Positions 13,091-26,890 of a DNA stretch of 64,000 nucleotides are shown here, one piece after another. This stretch comes from Glaucostegus cemiculus (taxonomy: Eukaryota). The position numbers and the translations under genes are program-made. The notes below the pieces were generated by a model. That model saw only the letters and a program-made list of their open reading frames with translations, ran no database searches and had not been told where the DNA came from. The DNA lies in the NCBI GenBank assembly GCA_976551045.1, contig CDPCPM010000022.1:18600001-18664000 (forward strand), read 5' to 3'. Position 1 is the stretch's first letter; every line of letters begins with the position of its first letter.

Positions 13091-14249
13091 TAGCTTTTGT
13101 GTTCCGGGTTGGGCTGAGTTGAAAGAACAAACAATTCATTTTTAATTCCCATCTGATGAATCACTCTGGGGTGTCTATATAATCAGGGGAGGTGTATTTC
13201 TCATGTGCTGCATTGCATTATCCTGACCATTGTAAAACAGCAGAATAAAGCTTATTTTGTGGAAAATATGCTTTTCACTTGGGCAAATTACCAGATAATA
13301 TCTCGCATCTTGGAAAATTTCCTTCATGAGTCGGTGTCTTCAGAAAAGGACAAAACAGGCATAAGGACAAAGAATAACAGAATTATTCCAGATAGATCTC
13401 TTTATCCCTTCTGTCAACTTAATTTGTTTTTTCAGCATTTTCCATTTGTGGCGCGGTGTTTATCAACCTTTATGAAATTAATAGCACTACAAAGTTTTAG
13501 CACAGTTCTGAATATTATTATCAATTATGTTGTTTTGCCAGGATTTTATAGTAAATAATTTGTACCACTGAAATACAAAAGTGTTCTGTAAAATTAGTGC
13601 ATAGTGCATTAGTGTTATTATCTGTTCTCTTAGCCTAGAATTTTGTTAATACTTTAGAGGAATATCTTAAGTCTGAACCAAATTTTTGATTTCATGTTGG
13701 AGATCAGTCACAGTGGATTCCTTGTGGTACGAGGATCCGCCGTCAGGTTGGATTGCCTTTGTTCTCTTTAACTTGTTTAGTTGATGATTTCACATGTGCC
13801 TTGCGTTGCAACACAGTTTTTTAAATGTTGTATGCAATTATAGGGAAAAAGCTGAAAAGTAATGCATATGGAAATTTTTTAATTCTTGTATGGAATAGTA
13901 GCCTAGGAATCTCTGATCAATTGTGAAAATTGTCAAGGAAGGTTTAGTTTGGTTTGGAAAACTAAACAAAAGAGGTTAATAAGTTATGACACTTAAACTC
14001 TATAGAAAATGCTAACCTTGTCATTTGATGGGAACATAAAAATCTTCCTTTCTATATTTACACATGTAAATAGCCATCATTTTCTACACCTATAGCCTAA
14101 AATCTCACATTTCTGTATTGACCAGAATTTTGATTGAATGAAGCTGTGAATACTAGTTGGATTCTAATAATCACATTTCTTTAAATAAGATGGCCAGAAA
14201 TTCAGAACATTTATGCAATAGCTTTTTTAATTAGTGTGTTTGTGGAAGA

Positions 14250-14480
14250 ATCATGGAGTTGCACAGCACAGAAATGGACCCTTCAGCCCAACTAGTCCAA
14301 TCCAACCAAGATGTCCATCTAAGGTAGTTCCATTTGCCCGTGTTTGACCCATATCACTAAATCTTTCCTATTCATATAAATGTTAATGTACCTGTCTCAA
14401 CCACTTCCTCTGGCAGCTCATTCTATATATGGACCACCCTCTATGTGAACAAGTTGACCCTTTGGGTTCCTATTAAACCC
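14250..14480 (-). mobile_element. CR1 LINE 3' end fragment
   Basis: cagcacagaaatggacccttcagcccaac...accacttcctctggcagctcatt; same family as 2598-2830. Confidence 0.8.
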
Positions 14481-14529
14481 AAAGCTGGAAATAACTTTTT
14501 TGTTGTTGCAAGGTTTATTTTTATTTATA

Positions 14530-15610
14530 GTTGCTGGAGATTTATCACTGTCAATTCTAGGACATCACTGTAGGAATTCCTCAGAAGTTTCCTAAGCACA
14601 ATCATCCTTAGCTGCTGCTTCATTGATCTACCAGCATTGTATTGGAAGTGGTTTTATTAGCTGATTGTGCAACACCTTAATTCTATCCTGAATTCTTCAG
14701 ATATTGAAGCATGTGCCAACATATAACACAGCCAGGACAAACATAGACTTGATGGGTGAGGCAAATGCCACTTGCCACTCGGGTGACAGTAATAATCTTC
14801 TAAAGGATGTCTTTAACTGGTGCTCCCAATGGTCAATGCTGTTTCGCTTGCTGAACCAACAGCACAATGCCCACCTTGTGTCAACAGTTCAAAAGGTTGC
14901 TTATGATTGGAAACTTAACTAGATTCTGCACTTAAATTATATATTTAAAGAGCAGATGAGAAGTGGGTATTCTGCAAGTAGTGTCTTGCTTCTAGACTCC
15001 ACAAAGCCTTTTTAGCACTTACAAGGTGCAAATCAAGAGTTCTGTGGAATATTTAATTGCCTGGAGGAAGAAGACTCCAACACTCAAATAGCTCAGTAGC
15101 ATCGAGGGCAAAGCACTCTATCAACAGTCCAGAATGTTAACTCTCACAGCATTGTAGTTGTAGTTTGTATCTTGTACAAAGTTCGCAGTAGCAACAAACC
15201 AATGTTTTTCTTTGGCAGCAACTTCCTGAACTGTGACCTTTAGCATAAAGCAGTAGGCATGTGATGATACCACCAGCTTCCTCCTATTATATGTCATCCT
15301 GATTTGGAAGTGTATTACTCTTTATCAGCAATAAATCAAAATTTGAGTTCTTACCTAAAAACTTGAAGTACTTTCAAACAAGGGCTGTCGTTCGAGAAAG
15401 CATCTCACCATTGCCTTCTCAATTTGAATTAAGGGTACAATTACAATGATTATTTTAAAAAAAATTTGGACAGCTACATGGATAGGAATGGTTTAGAGGA
15501 ATATGGACCAAACAAACAAATGTGACTAGCTCAGGTAAGCGTTTCTGTGCTATGTAACATTATGACTTTATTAAATGCTGGCTTTACCACGATGTGCACA
15601 TCTCGGGAAC
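14530..15610 (+). mobile_element. Old CR1-like LINE 3' region with a nested short CR1 tail (about 15455-15570)
   Basis: Colinear similarity with 31480-32310 and 41490-41695; nested ggacagctacatggataggaatggtttagagg tail. Confidence 0.6.
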
Positions 15611-18600
15611 AGTTTTATGTTTTAAAGTGAAGACTTGATCTCATCATCTGGACTGGTTTCAGGATTGGTTCCAACGATAAAATAAACAGTGCTAAAACAG
15701 TGACCCACTTCTCCCTTCTAGTAATTCAAAATTTATGTCAGTTATTACAAAAGTAAATTATTTTTGAATTGATTTTTATAGTTTATTTCAAACTGAAATT
15801 GTGCTCTGGTTTATAAATTAAAATATACCAGAGTCATTTTGAATTTGCAGGAAAACTAAGCTTCTATTTATATCTTCACCAGAGTGGGTAAATACCTTGA
15901 CGTTTAATTGTACAAATGAGAGGGAGAAATGCTGGGATATTTGGAGCTGTCGCCTTCCATTCTCATTTGTGAAAGTAAACATTCTAATCCAGGAAGTGTG
16001 AAGTTTTCCAGATTTAAATTGTGTGTGCTAAGCATTTGAATTGTGGATGATGACAGACAACAGCTATTCCTGCCATAATGGTTTTATAATGACACCAGCT
16101 CACCAAAGTTACATTAGCATTATAAAATGAATATAGACTTGAGTTCAGGCTGTTGGAAGTATTTGTGTTGTTTCCACTTCTAGGTAGATCTGTAAAATTT
16201 ATCCAGTGCACAAAAGAATTAGCGTAATTCAATGAAATAGGCTTTATTTACCATCAGTTTTGGAAAATGGTCATTTAATATTTTATTATACTTTAATTTA
16301 TTAATGGATCTTTTTATTTTCCTGTCCTGAATATCATGCTTGCTCAGGTGTACAATTCTCTGATACTATGTCCAAGCAACTATTGTTCATAAGAAACAAC
16401 AGAGGCTGTTTGAATTCAGGTATCACTATGAACACCAATCTTGTTTATTGCCCATATGTGTATCCCAGGGGTTTTCATCAGCATTCAGAATGAAGCAGCT
16501 ATTGCTACGCTCCTATCCTATGAGTTGGCTAACCAGACTCTAATGTTTGTTATTATCTTTGGGGTTTCAAACAATATTGAATACAAAAATTAATCTCATG
16601 TTATTGCTACCATTTGTAGTGTGTTAGAAGCTATAATGAAATATTGTACTGCATTTAAATATTCCTATTTGATCACAGTTTTGTTTCTTTGACGTCGAAA
16701 TTTGATATGGACTTATTTAAGTGTATTTAAGTTGCTTCAGCAGTGAACTTTTCCATTGAACACTACCTGTCTTTTACCCTCATGGGAAAAGTTAAGGAGC
16801 TACTGACAAAATTGTAACTTTCCTATCTGTTCCTGGATTAGGTTGTATGCTGCAGATTACATTGAATCTCTTGGTGGTTTGTTGTACTCATTAGCAAATG
16901 CTGCATTTTTGGTATGAACTATCCAAGATAATTTTATTTTCACATTACTCTTTTTAGCCCATCCCGCCCCACCTCAACCATAACCACCACCACCAACCTA
17001 CCATTTCCACCTTGTGTTCTATTATCCCATGTTTATTTGCTTTCCTCTTAAAGATGCATGAATTGATGGCAGTATTAGATAAAATGCACACAATTTTGTG
17101 AATAAATAGGAATTTAACTACTATATTTTTCATCTTTTATTTTTGTGCAAAGTAGTGGGGATGCATAATATATTTAAATACTAAATTGACAGGTTTGAGT
17201 TGAAAAGCAGAACAGAAAAGGTGGTGGTTGGGAAGATGATTCTGTTTGAAATAGTTGGTTATACAAAGTTCTAAGAGTGGAACCACAAAATAGATTTGGG
17301 GAAGGAATTCCAGAGTTTGTAGCGAAGAATATTTTGATTCTTCTGCATTGAAATTGGAACATGAATGCAGGAAAATGCAAAGGAGATAAGGCAGGTATAA
17401 GATATTAAAGGCATGCAACTCTGGTAATTGTCATAAGGAAAAGGGCAAGCCTTTGTAAGCTGCTTCATATTGATTTAAGATGTTTTAATGCCAGTGGGAT
17501 GATCCTATTCAAATTATGCCTTCGAGGAAAGAACATATTCTCTTTATGATCCCAAAGATGTCCATGAAGGGCAGATGGTTTTGGGCTCCAAATTTTTTCT
17601 AGGCTATATCATTCCACTAAAGGCTTGAATATTTTGTGGCAGGATAGCATTGTTGAAAATAGGTACGAGTATTACTATTAGATGCAAGGCCTAGATCTGA
17701 TTGCACGTAACCAGTCCTGTATTGTTATCACACACCGAATAGATTGCTCAAAGTACAAGTGGCTAAAACTTCAACAATATATTTATTCTTGTTCAAAATG
17801 ACAGACACATGATTTAAAAAATACATCAAGGTGCAAGCACAAATAGCTGTTCTGTTTTGTTTTCGTGTGTACTGTATTGTTAATCTACTAGAAAGTAAGG
17901 TTAATGCATGGAATTTGCGATGGGCTCAGAATTCCCTAACAAAAAAAACAATATCTTGCTGTGGTAGAGTAGTAGATTGGAGAAGTATTGCAGAAGTTTT
18001 TTGACTAGAGAATAATTAATTGTGATTATAATTAAAGCTGCATATTCAGTATTCTGTATTTTGTTTGATTTTGATTCCAAATTCTTCCTGGCAGTAAAAC
18101 TGTCTTGGGTGGAAAGAAATGCAACAATATATCTCTATTGATATCAATTGCTTTTGAATACAATTCCGTATTACATAGTAGTGCTACACCCCCGTAACTC
18201 AAGTTGGGAATCGTAAAAAATTTGGCTGTCCATCTCGGTTCATTCGTAGAACTCCTGAAATTGTTTTTATTAAGTGTTCTGATGTTTAAACATTTTGACA
18301 GTGCATATTTGCTATATTCTGACATGACAAGGTTAGCATTTTTATGTGTTTCCAAAAAATTATGTACAAAACTTTATTAGTGTAATGCTTTTCACTTTGT
18401 TGTACTGATGGTTATGTTTTTGTATTATTACTTTCGAGTTTAAACTTCCATGCTATGCTGCAAATAGCAAAAACTCAGTACTACAGTGTTTAAGTATAAG
18501 CCTTTTTTTTCATCATCTCCTCTTGGCCCTTTCTTTAATTTACAGTTGTTCAAAGGGGGAAAAATCTCAACTTGAATGAGACTTGCATTTAATTATTTGA

Positions 18601-19599
18601 GTTCTACCAAAAGGTACAGTATTGCAAGTTCATCTGATAAGGTCACTTGTTGTGATGCAGAAAGCCTGTCTATTTTAGGTATGAACTGTACATTTTTTTT
18701 CTGAAGAAAAGTGTGAACCTTGTCATCCCATGCTACACATTACCAGTTTTTTTAATCATCACTAAGCAGAAATAACAGTTAGCTTTAATTCCAAGTGTGG
18801 AACAGAGTACTGATGCAGCCTATACTGTGTCTCTATGCTGCAATTTGTCATTCAAAAACATTTGTCATTCAAAATACACCACGTAATTTCAGTTGATAGC
18901 CTGTGTGTGTCTTGTGTATATTTTTAGCCACATTGCATAAGGTACTTTTCTGTGTTTAAATTCTCAATGGGTGGGGTGGAGCTAGACTCTCACTAGCTGC
19001 ATTACTTTCAAGTTGCATTCAAAAGAAAGCAGTTATAGCAGTCTCGTAATAAACCTGCTTCCTCACTTAATGCTGAAAATTCCACCAGTTATGATGAACT
19101 CTTTAGCTGTGTTCTGAAGTGGTATGGTAAGTCTGTATATTAAAACACGGCAAGAGATAGCATTATCACCATTCCCCCATAGTGGAAGGGACAATGGTGC
19201 CATTATGAAGACAGCTAGGGATGGGTGAAAATCACTGGTCTTGCCAGTGGTACCCATATGGCCAAGAATGAATTTTAGAATAAGATCATTGTCCATATTA
19301 TAAACCATTCTTTTAATTGGTTAGGTTCTGTAACATTCTGTAACAATTGCAGAATAAACACTAAAAACTCAATGGTAAGTGAATATTTTCTTTTTGAGGT
19401 TGGATAATTTAGATATTTAGAATAATTAGGATAGAGCATGTCCACATAATCCTCATTAAGGTTTTTTTTTATTTCCACTCTTCTGGCGGGAGTGATTAGT
19501 GCAGTATGTCGGGCACCAGCAAACAACCCCCTTTGCACTCCCACGCACACTCGTGCACACTCACGCTCGCACTTCTCTCCATTCCACAGGGTGTTGTCT

Positions 19600-19960
19600 C
19601 ATGCTGGTTCCACAGATGTCAACACTCCTGGCACCTCGCCCAACTGGCTGTTCACAAGTGTGAGCCTACACAGTGAGTGTCATTAGGTTATTTGTACCAT
19701 GGGTGACATTGTAGTTGAGCCTTTTTTTTTAAAATCCTCGCCCAACATACATACAACTCTCGCTTTCTAACAGGATCAGTGGCAGGAGCATTGCCTAACT
19801 TATATTAACCTGGGGAAACTTAAGTCCGTTGACTGCCATTCTGGCAGGGAACAACTAGCATGACAAAATCCAAGGATCAAACCTGGAGGCGCCTTGTTCC
19901 CAGTAGTTCAGTTGCTCACAGGTTGGTGGCCTTTTATCTATTCAGATATCAGAGGAGCTT
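19600..19960 (-). mobile_element. Possible old tRNA-headed SINE remnant
   Basis: B-box-like ggatcaaacctgg (reverse complement ccaggtttgatcc) near 19875; GC content higher than flanks. Confidence 0.3.
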
Positions 19961-20587
19961 ACCAACAGTTTTTTTCAGTTAGATGTGAAATTAGAATATT
20001 CAAAGCTCATGTAAATGAAAATTGCCTTGGATGACCAATTTAGTTTCCATCTTATGTTTCCCAGATTCTGAAAGAACAGTCGTTCCTCTAGCTGTATTCA
20101 TCAACTGTTTTTTTTTTTAAATTTAATGTTACAATCTGTGGCACAGGCACTTCTAAACTAAAGAAATATTAATCAGTTATTAGAACTTTAAATCCCTGGG
20201 AGAGTCATCTTGATCACCATTGGTAGCTGTATCATGAAAATAATTTTCTTCCTCTGCCAATGCCATTTAACTTTCTTCAAAACTTGGTCTGTTATGAGAA
20301 TAATGGGAGACTGGTGCCACGACAGAAAAATTTTAATTAAACTGTGGACCTGCTTATGCACCCATTTCTATTTTTATAATATCAGTTATACTCTGTATGC
20401 TATTTCAGCAAAATGAGGCATATGCCAGATTGGCAATTTGCATTAGTAATTGTATACTTCTCAATGTATAGGTTATTTGCAGTAGATATTAAAATGTGGA
20501 TTAACTTAAGCTTGAGCACATTATTAGAATCATCTCATGTGTTCAGTGTTCAAAGGCTTTGTTATCAGTATTGTTGTTTCTTCCCAG

Positions 20588-20654
20588 GCTTTACTGCTAT
20601 TACAGCGACCAATCCAATCTGGCTAATAAAGACGCGCTTGCAACTGGAAGCACG
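20588..20654 (+). CDS. slc25a36: SLC25A36 internal coding exon (67 bp, probable exon 5) with GC donor
   Basis: tttcttcccag|GC...GCACG|gcaagt; [22 protein letters not shown]; the GC donor preserves frame with the next exon. Confidence 0.93.
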
Positions 20655-21373
20655 GCAAGTAGATCTTGTTTAATCTATGGTATTTATGGGAGGGGGAAAT
20701 AGAATTTAAACTTAATGAGCAAATTATTTCTTTTTAAACAAATGTTGAAAGTTCCACAGTGGTAACAAATGAGACTATTTTCTAAAATGTGAATGGCTTG
20801 CTCTTTCAATGTATATCTCTACTAACCACATCCACTTAACATGCACACTAAGACATTAATAATTTTAATTTTTTAAATGTTTCTAAATTGAATGCTTAAA
20901 CTTTTTAATTTTTAAAATACTAAAGCACTTAAGATCTCTTGTAATTGAATGTTAAATTAATTACAAAAGTCCCTTGCAGCAATTTTTCCCCTCCATTGAA
21001 GTCAGTGGGGAAAGTAATCCCTACTGCAGAATTGGGGTATCACCACAGTATTGCTTCAAGAGAAACGGTGACAAACTGCTGACCAAATCTACGGGACTTC
21101 TAATATTTTCTTTTTATAGTGAAAACCACACGTTCCCACTATCACCACTGAAACAAAATTGAAAGGAATCTATTACCTTGCAGTTTACTGTATGAATTTT
21201 AGAGGATTGAGGATATGCTTTTCGTTTGTTTGGAATGCACACACAACCTGTTGAAGAATTAGCATCTATCTGTTGCTTCAATTTATGTTCTTTTATGCAT
21301 AGAATATTGAAGTTGGAACTATGTTATTGAAAAGTTGTACATTGTTCATTGGAATTGTCTCCTTTTTTTGTAG

Positions 21374-21663
21374 GAACCGAGGTGAAACACGGATGAGTGC
21401 TTTTGAATGTGTGAGAAGAGTGTATCGCTCCGATGGTGTTAGAGGCTTCTACAGGGGAATGTCGGCTTCCTATGCAGGCATCTCTGAGACTGTAATTCAT
21501 TTTGTAATTTATGAAAGCATAAAGCAGAGACTGATGCAATCCAAAACATCTCCAAACATGGATCCTGAAGAAGATTCTGTGAAATATGCTTCTGACTTTA
21601 TAGCCTTGATGTTAGCTGCTGCAACATCTAAAACATGTGCCACCAGTATAGCATATCCACACG
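21374..21663 (+). CDS. slc25a36: SLC25A36 internal coding exon (290 bp, probable exon 6)
   Basis: cctttttttgtag|G...CACG|gtgcgt; [17 protein letters not shown]...[27 protein letters not shown]...[16 protein letters not shown]. Confidence 0.97.
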
Positions 21664-22564
21664 GTGCGTATCTTCTATCCACTTATCAACGTGCTTTTCC
21701 ACAACTGTTCTAAATTTTTAAATTGTAAAAAGAGGCTTAATTGTAATTAAGCCTCAGATATGCATAATATATCTTGGCCAGTGAACCCTTGTTCATTGAT
21801 CTTTCTGACCTCTCTGCTCCCAGATTTTCCTTTACAGCTTGTAATTGGATTATCTTGATCAGAGTTTGAAACATGTTCATTCTGAACATAACATTCTGGC
21901 CCTAAAGCCTATTTGCCGAAAGCTAAATAAAGCCTGGAAATCCGAAATAAAACAGAAAATCCTGTACATATTCAGCACATTTGAAGCAAGAAACTTAGTT
22001 AATGCTTCAAGTTGATGGCTTTTCATTAGCAAGAAATGGGCATTATAAAATTCTGTCTTTTTGGAAAAAAAATGTTTTCAAAGATATTGCAATAAACTCC
22101 ATAGTTTTTAAAATGTTCTCAATTGCATTTAAGTTTATGTACAAACATGATTTAGGAGTAGGAAAAGGCCACTTAGCTCCACAAACCTGCTCTGTCACTT
22201 AATAAGATCCTGGTTGATTTATTTGTAACTTGAACTCCATATTTTCACTTACCTCCTTACTTATCAAAAATTTGCCTTCCCTGGCTTAAAATATTTAAAC
22301 ATTCAGGACCCAGAGAGAGAAATTATTTCCTCATCTGACTTCAGTGTAGGACCATTTAATTTATGAAGCTGTGAAATGTAGAGGTCCCAGCATAAATCCA
22401 CCACCAGTTGTATCTCATCAACCACAATAAAACTCACTTTATGCCAGCTGTTTCTTGGCAGCCAACCAATCTTCCATCTATATTTGTTTATCCAAATGTA
22501 ACATGGCCATCTCTGATTCCAATGGATGATGCTTAAAAGATTAGTCAATGAAAAGGTTTTTTAA

Positions 22565-22800
22565 TTCTCATCTTGATTTTCAGATCCCTGCAGGACCTTG
22601 TCCTCTCCATCTGTAAATCTGCTTCAGCTGAATTACCACTCAAAGTGCTTGTGCTCCTTCAATTCTGTCTGCTGGTGGATCTCAGATCATTTTTATCCCA
22701 TTGGTTCACCTTTTACTGCATTTTAAGTTGCCTAAATTCTAAATCAGGAATTCACTTCTAAAGTCAACCAACCTCTCCTCTTTGAGATGTTCCTTTTAAA
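22565..22800 (+). mobile_element. L2 LINE 3' fragment
   Basis: Similar to the reverse complement of 62490-62680 (ctccttcaattctg...ggaattc); L2-like C-terminal region. Confidence 0.5.
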
Positions 22801-23162
22801 ATTTGGTTTTTTTTGAGCAATCTCATCTCATTGTGAATTTGTGTCAATGAATGTTTGATGCTGTCAAAATCTCCTAAAAAAAAAAAAAAAACCCTTGACT
22901 TAAAATTATTACCTTTTTTATTTGACAAGAATATGTCACTGCAGATTTTTAATGGTTTTCTAAATCTTTTAGAATGTTGGTGTATCTAGAACTTGTGAAC
23001 TGTTCTGTAAAAGACATGGAAATGTAAAGGGAATCCTATTTCCAGTTTAATCTGCTGAAATGAAGATTTCAATGGCTGCAAAAATTCTAAATGTAATGAT
23101 ACTAGGTAATATTGTAAATGTATAGTTTTTAATAATTTAACAAAATATATTTTGTTTTACAG

Positions 23163-23356
23163 AAGTCATAAGAACTAGGCTACGTGAAGAAGGAACAAAA
23201 TACAGATCGTTTTTTCAGACATTTTCATTAGTAATATCTGAAGAAGGTTACAGATCACTTTATCGTGGTCTCATGACCCATCTGGTGAGACAGATTCCAA
23301 ACACTGCTATCATGATGGCCACCTATGAGCTTGTGGTCTACCTTCTCGATGGGTAA
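23163..23356 (+). CDS. slc25a36: SLC25A36 last coding exon to stop codon (194 bp coding)
   Basis: tttgttttacag|AA GTC...; [64 protein letters not shown]; the C-terminus ending VVYLLxG fits SLC25A36 better than SLC25A33. Confidence 0.96.
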
Positions 23357-26300
23357 AGAAAGTGCTGATTTATTGTGCAAACCTGGAAGACCAAAGGATT
23401 TGACTGGACCAGAAATCCCAGTAAAATTTAATGCTGAGAAAGATGAATCAATTGTGAAGATTTAAGCTGCTGTTAAGACAAAGAATGTCCAGTTCGTGAA
23501 AAGAACATGCTCTGATCAAGGAGCTGCCAGTACTCATGGCAATGACATAAAAAGATAGTCACCACTTAATGGGGAACATTTAACAAATCTAAATGTTATA
23601 TTATCCTGTTATCTTTCATTATAACATCATTTTTTTATCCTTGTAAGCTTTCAGTTTTAATTGGCAAGAGATCCCTGTAAAAAAAAAAACAAACAAATGT
23701 ATTGCCTTCAGCCATTTCACTGAACTGATGATGCAAAACTCTTTAACATGGGCATTCTCCCAGTTATCTGGGGAGCACTCCACTGAGCTGAAATCCTTGC
23801 CTGAATCATCTCCACAGATCAATTTCTAGAATAAAAACTTACAAAGGGGATTTAAGTTCATCCATTATTGAAGCCCATTAGATATTTCTTCATAGTTGTA
23901 TTTTTCAGTATTTATTTTACAATGCTCTGAATAAACCCAGAAATGCCTCAATTGCAATCTAGTATCCTCATGCAAGAGTTAAATCTTCGGGTGGGTGTGG
24001 GAATAGAACAATACAAGAACACCTAAACACATTATATCTTGCACAGTAACATCGTTGCTTTAAAAGCCAACAATGCAGAAATTTAATTAAACTTGAATTC
24101 ATCAAAAGAGGTGCAATTCTAAACTTTTTAGGATTTCTTCGCTTGACATCGAAGGTTTGACTAATGAATGTAAAGCAAGATAATTAAGATTGATTTGTTT
24201 ACTGTTCCCCTTTTTAAAACAATTGCATATACTTATTGTGGCATGTGTATAGGCTGTGATAATTGCTTCAAAAAAAGTATGATTACATTATGTTTATGTT
24301 TGTCCAATCAGCCTATAGATGCTTACAAAAAGAGATGCTAATGTTGGAAGAGGAAACAAAAATATGCAATACTCCACTATGTGAATTTTATGCTGTAACA
24401 AGTGGCTTTGTCTTGAACATTTTCTTCAAGCACTTTGTGGCCTTTCTACCTTGTTTTATTTTTTTTCCCTGATGGTTTTAGTTCTTAAATTATCGAAATG
24501 GCTAATAAATCATTCTCAAAAGTCTGTTCAGTATATAGTTAGTTTCTGTTATTGAAGTTGTGCATTTCACAGTATCGATTGCTTCTATATCCATAATTAT
24601 GTTGTGTAATAACAATTTGGGAACCTTAAGTTTTGTTGCTATCATTGCGTATTCTTAAGTATTTGCCACCTTCAGTTTTTGCATTTGTTGAATCCTGATG
24701 AACAAATTGTTATATCCAAAATGTATCTTGCCTAGTTTTTTTCTCTTATTGTACTTGGAAGAAGCGTTATGATCTCCCCATATTTCCATACACTACAACC
24801 TTGTTTATCCCAATCTTTTATGCGTAAACCAGATTCTGTTGACAGACAGACACAAACATGCCATTTTGATGGTTTAAGAAACAGGATGATAATCAGTCCA
24901 TAGTTTAGAGATAAAAAGGATGTGAAAGATGATAAAGATAAAAATGGATAATGAAGGATGTGAACACAGTTTATTTACAATTAAGACATTTTTCAGTGCA
25001 GCTGATGGAAGTGTGAGTGCAATTGGCAAGTTGTACTAGTGCAGAATAACTTAAAAAAAACACTGGCAAGACAGTATTAATGTGATTTTTTTACAGTTTA
25101 GTCATCTGCACCTATTTGTAATTGGGGGGGAAAAAATAACCATCCAAAATTTCTACAAAGCTCCTGTTGAGCTATAATGCCTAGCATTACTACATTTAAT
25201 TTTATTATTTTGCTATATTTCTCATTACTGAGTGTGTCATAACCTGGAATAGTCTCATCTGCACTTGAGCTGGGATTGTGCAGCTTCAACATTTTTTGTT
25301 TTAATACTATGGCAATGCTTGTAACTGTGATCACAAAAGCTACAGTATATCTAAATATGCCACCTTAGGCTGATGCTTTGCGAAAGCTCTGCTGTTCAAT
25401 TCCAGATCTAAAGTGTGCTTGATCCATTTTGCATAGTGCATTCTTGGGTGCAAGTAATGTATGTACATATTCTGTACAAAATCATTAATTCTTAAGTCTT
25501 CATGTGCTTTGGATGCTTCTACATTGCAGAGGATTAAAAACAAATTAGAAAATGCTACTATGGTTTCATTAGTATGCATTGGTATTTCTGCATGTCTTTT
25601 GAATCAGTATGATATCCTGTTGCAAAAGAATTTAAACAGCTAGACAAAAATGCATTCACAAGTTCACACACATGCCTCTCATCCAATTACTTTTTTCAGA
25701 TCCACCAGAATATGTACAATAAGTGTAAAGAGAAGGGCTTCAGTTTACACGACTTGGATTTAGTAACTCTAGTTTTTGATCATGCAGTACAAAGACTTCT
25801 CCCTGTGCTTGTGTTGAGTTGAATCTTAATAGATGTCTGCATAATGATGACCAAAGTAAAATGTCTACTGCTAAATCTTTCTCAGTTTAGTTTATTGGAC
25901 ATTTTTAGATTTTGTTTTATCTGAACAATTGCAAACAAATGAAATGCATTTGAACAATCAGGGTATCCCAAATTAATCCTTCAGCAGGATGGAACAAGGT
26001 TTAATATTTTTCTCAGTTGATGTGTCAAAATGAAGACTGACAATTTTTTTCATGTCAATCCAATCTATTGATGAACAGGTACAATCCATCTCAAACCTTT
26101 TATATTAGAATGTGTTGGAACAATGCTGTTACTAGTATGAGTATAAAATCAAGATGGAGGGGGATGGATGCTCTTGTAGGTTGCTTAAGCATTCCTTTGC
26201 TATACAACTTTTGACATGTAACATTTTTGGCTTTTCTGGATAAAGGCCAATTGCTAGACCTGAGCAGTATTTCCACCCCACTTGCTAGAAAGAGGTGGCT

Positions 26301-26539
26301 CATGCTGAAATATGGTTCTAAAAATGCTTTGCACCTCTGTCTTTCCAAAGTGCCCATTCTTATTCTCTGTGTGCCACTGAGTTTGTGTATTGCTGGTCCA
26401 TGGCACTGTAACATCATAAGACAATAATCCTGTCCTCCTCCTGTGCCTGCATACCCTATTTCTGTAACGGGCCAGTAATGGTCCCACCACTACCCTGATT
26501 GAGAATTCCAATGCAAGATTTGTTTAATATAGTATCCTT

Positions 26540-26611
26540 AGAACCACTTCATTTAAAAGATTTGAATTTTAAACTGAGAACCACTTCATTAAAAGATTTT
26601 AATTTTAAACT
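26540..26611. repeat. Tandem duplication of a ~36-bp unit
   Basis: agaaccacttcatttaaaagatttgaattttaaactg followed by agaaccacttcattaaaagattttaattttaaact. Confidence 0.95.
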
Positions 26612-26851
26612 TTATATATGGGATAATTCTTACGATTAAGCAGTAAAATTACTGATTTATGTTATAGCTAAATGGCTATTTTTTTAAAATAAAACTGCAT
26701 TTTATGTTTTGGTTCATTTGTCTGAAAATGATCAGTGCTAAGTTTTATGCCCTTTACTAACTTGAACACTTGCTGATCAAGTCACATAACTAAAATTGAG
26801 AGTTTTGTCCTCACTATTTTTTCAATATTACAACTTCACTACACGTTGGTT

Positions 26852-26890
26852 AATAAACCTATTAAACTATCACATCAATGTTTTGTGTGT
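26852..26890 (+). terminator. Candidate proximal polyadenylation signal
   Basis: AATAAA (26852) and ATTAAA (26861) followed by GU-rich gttttgtgtgt. Confidence 0.45.
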
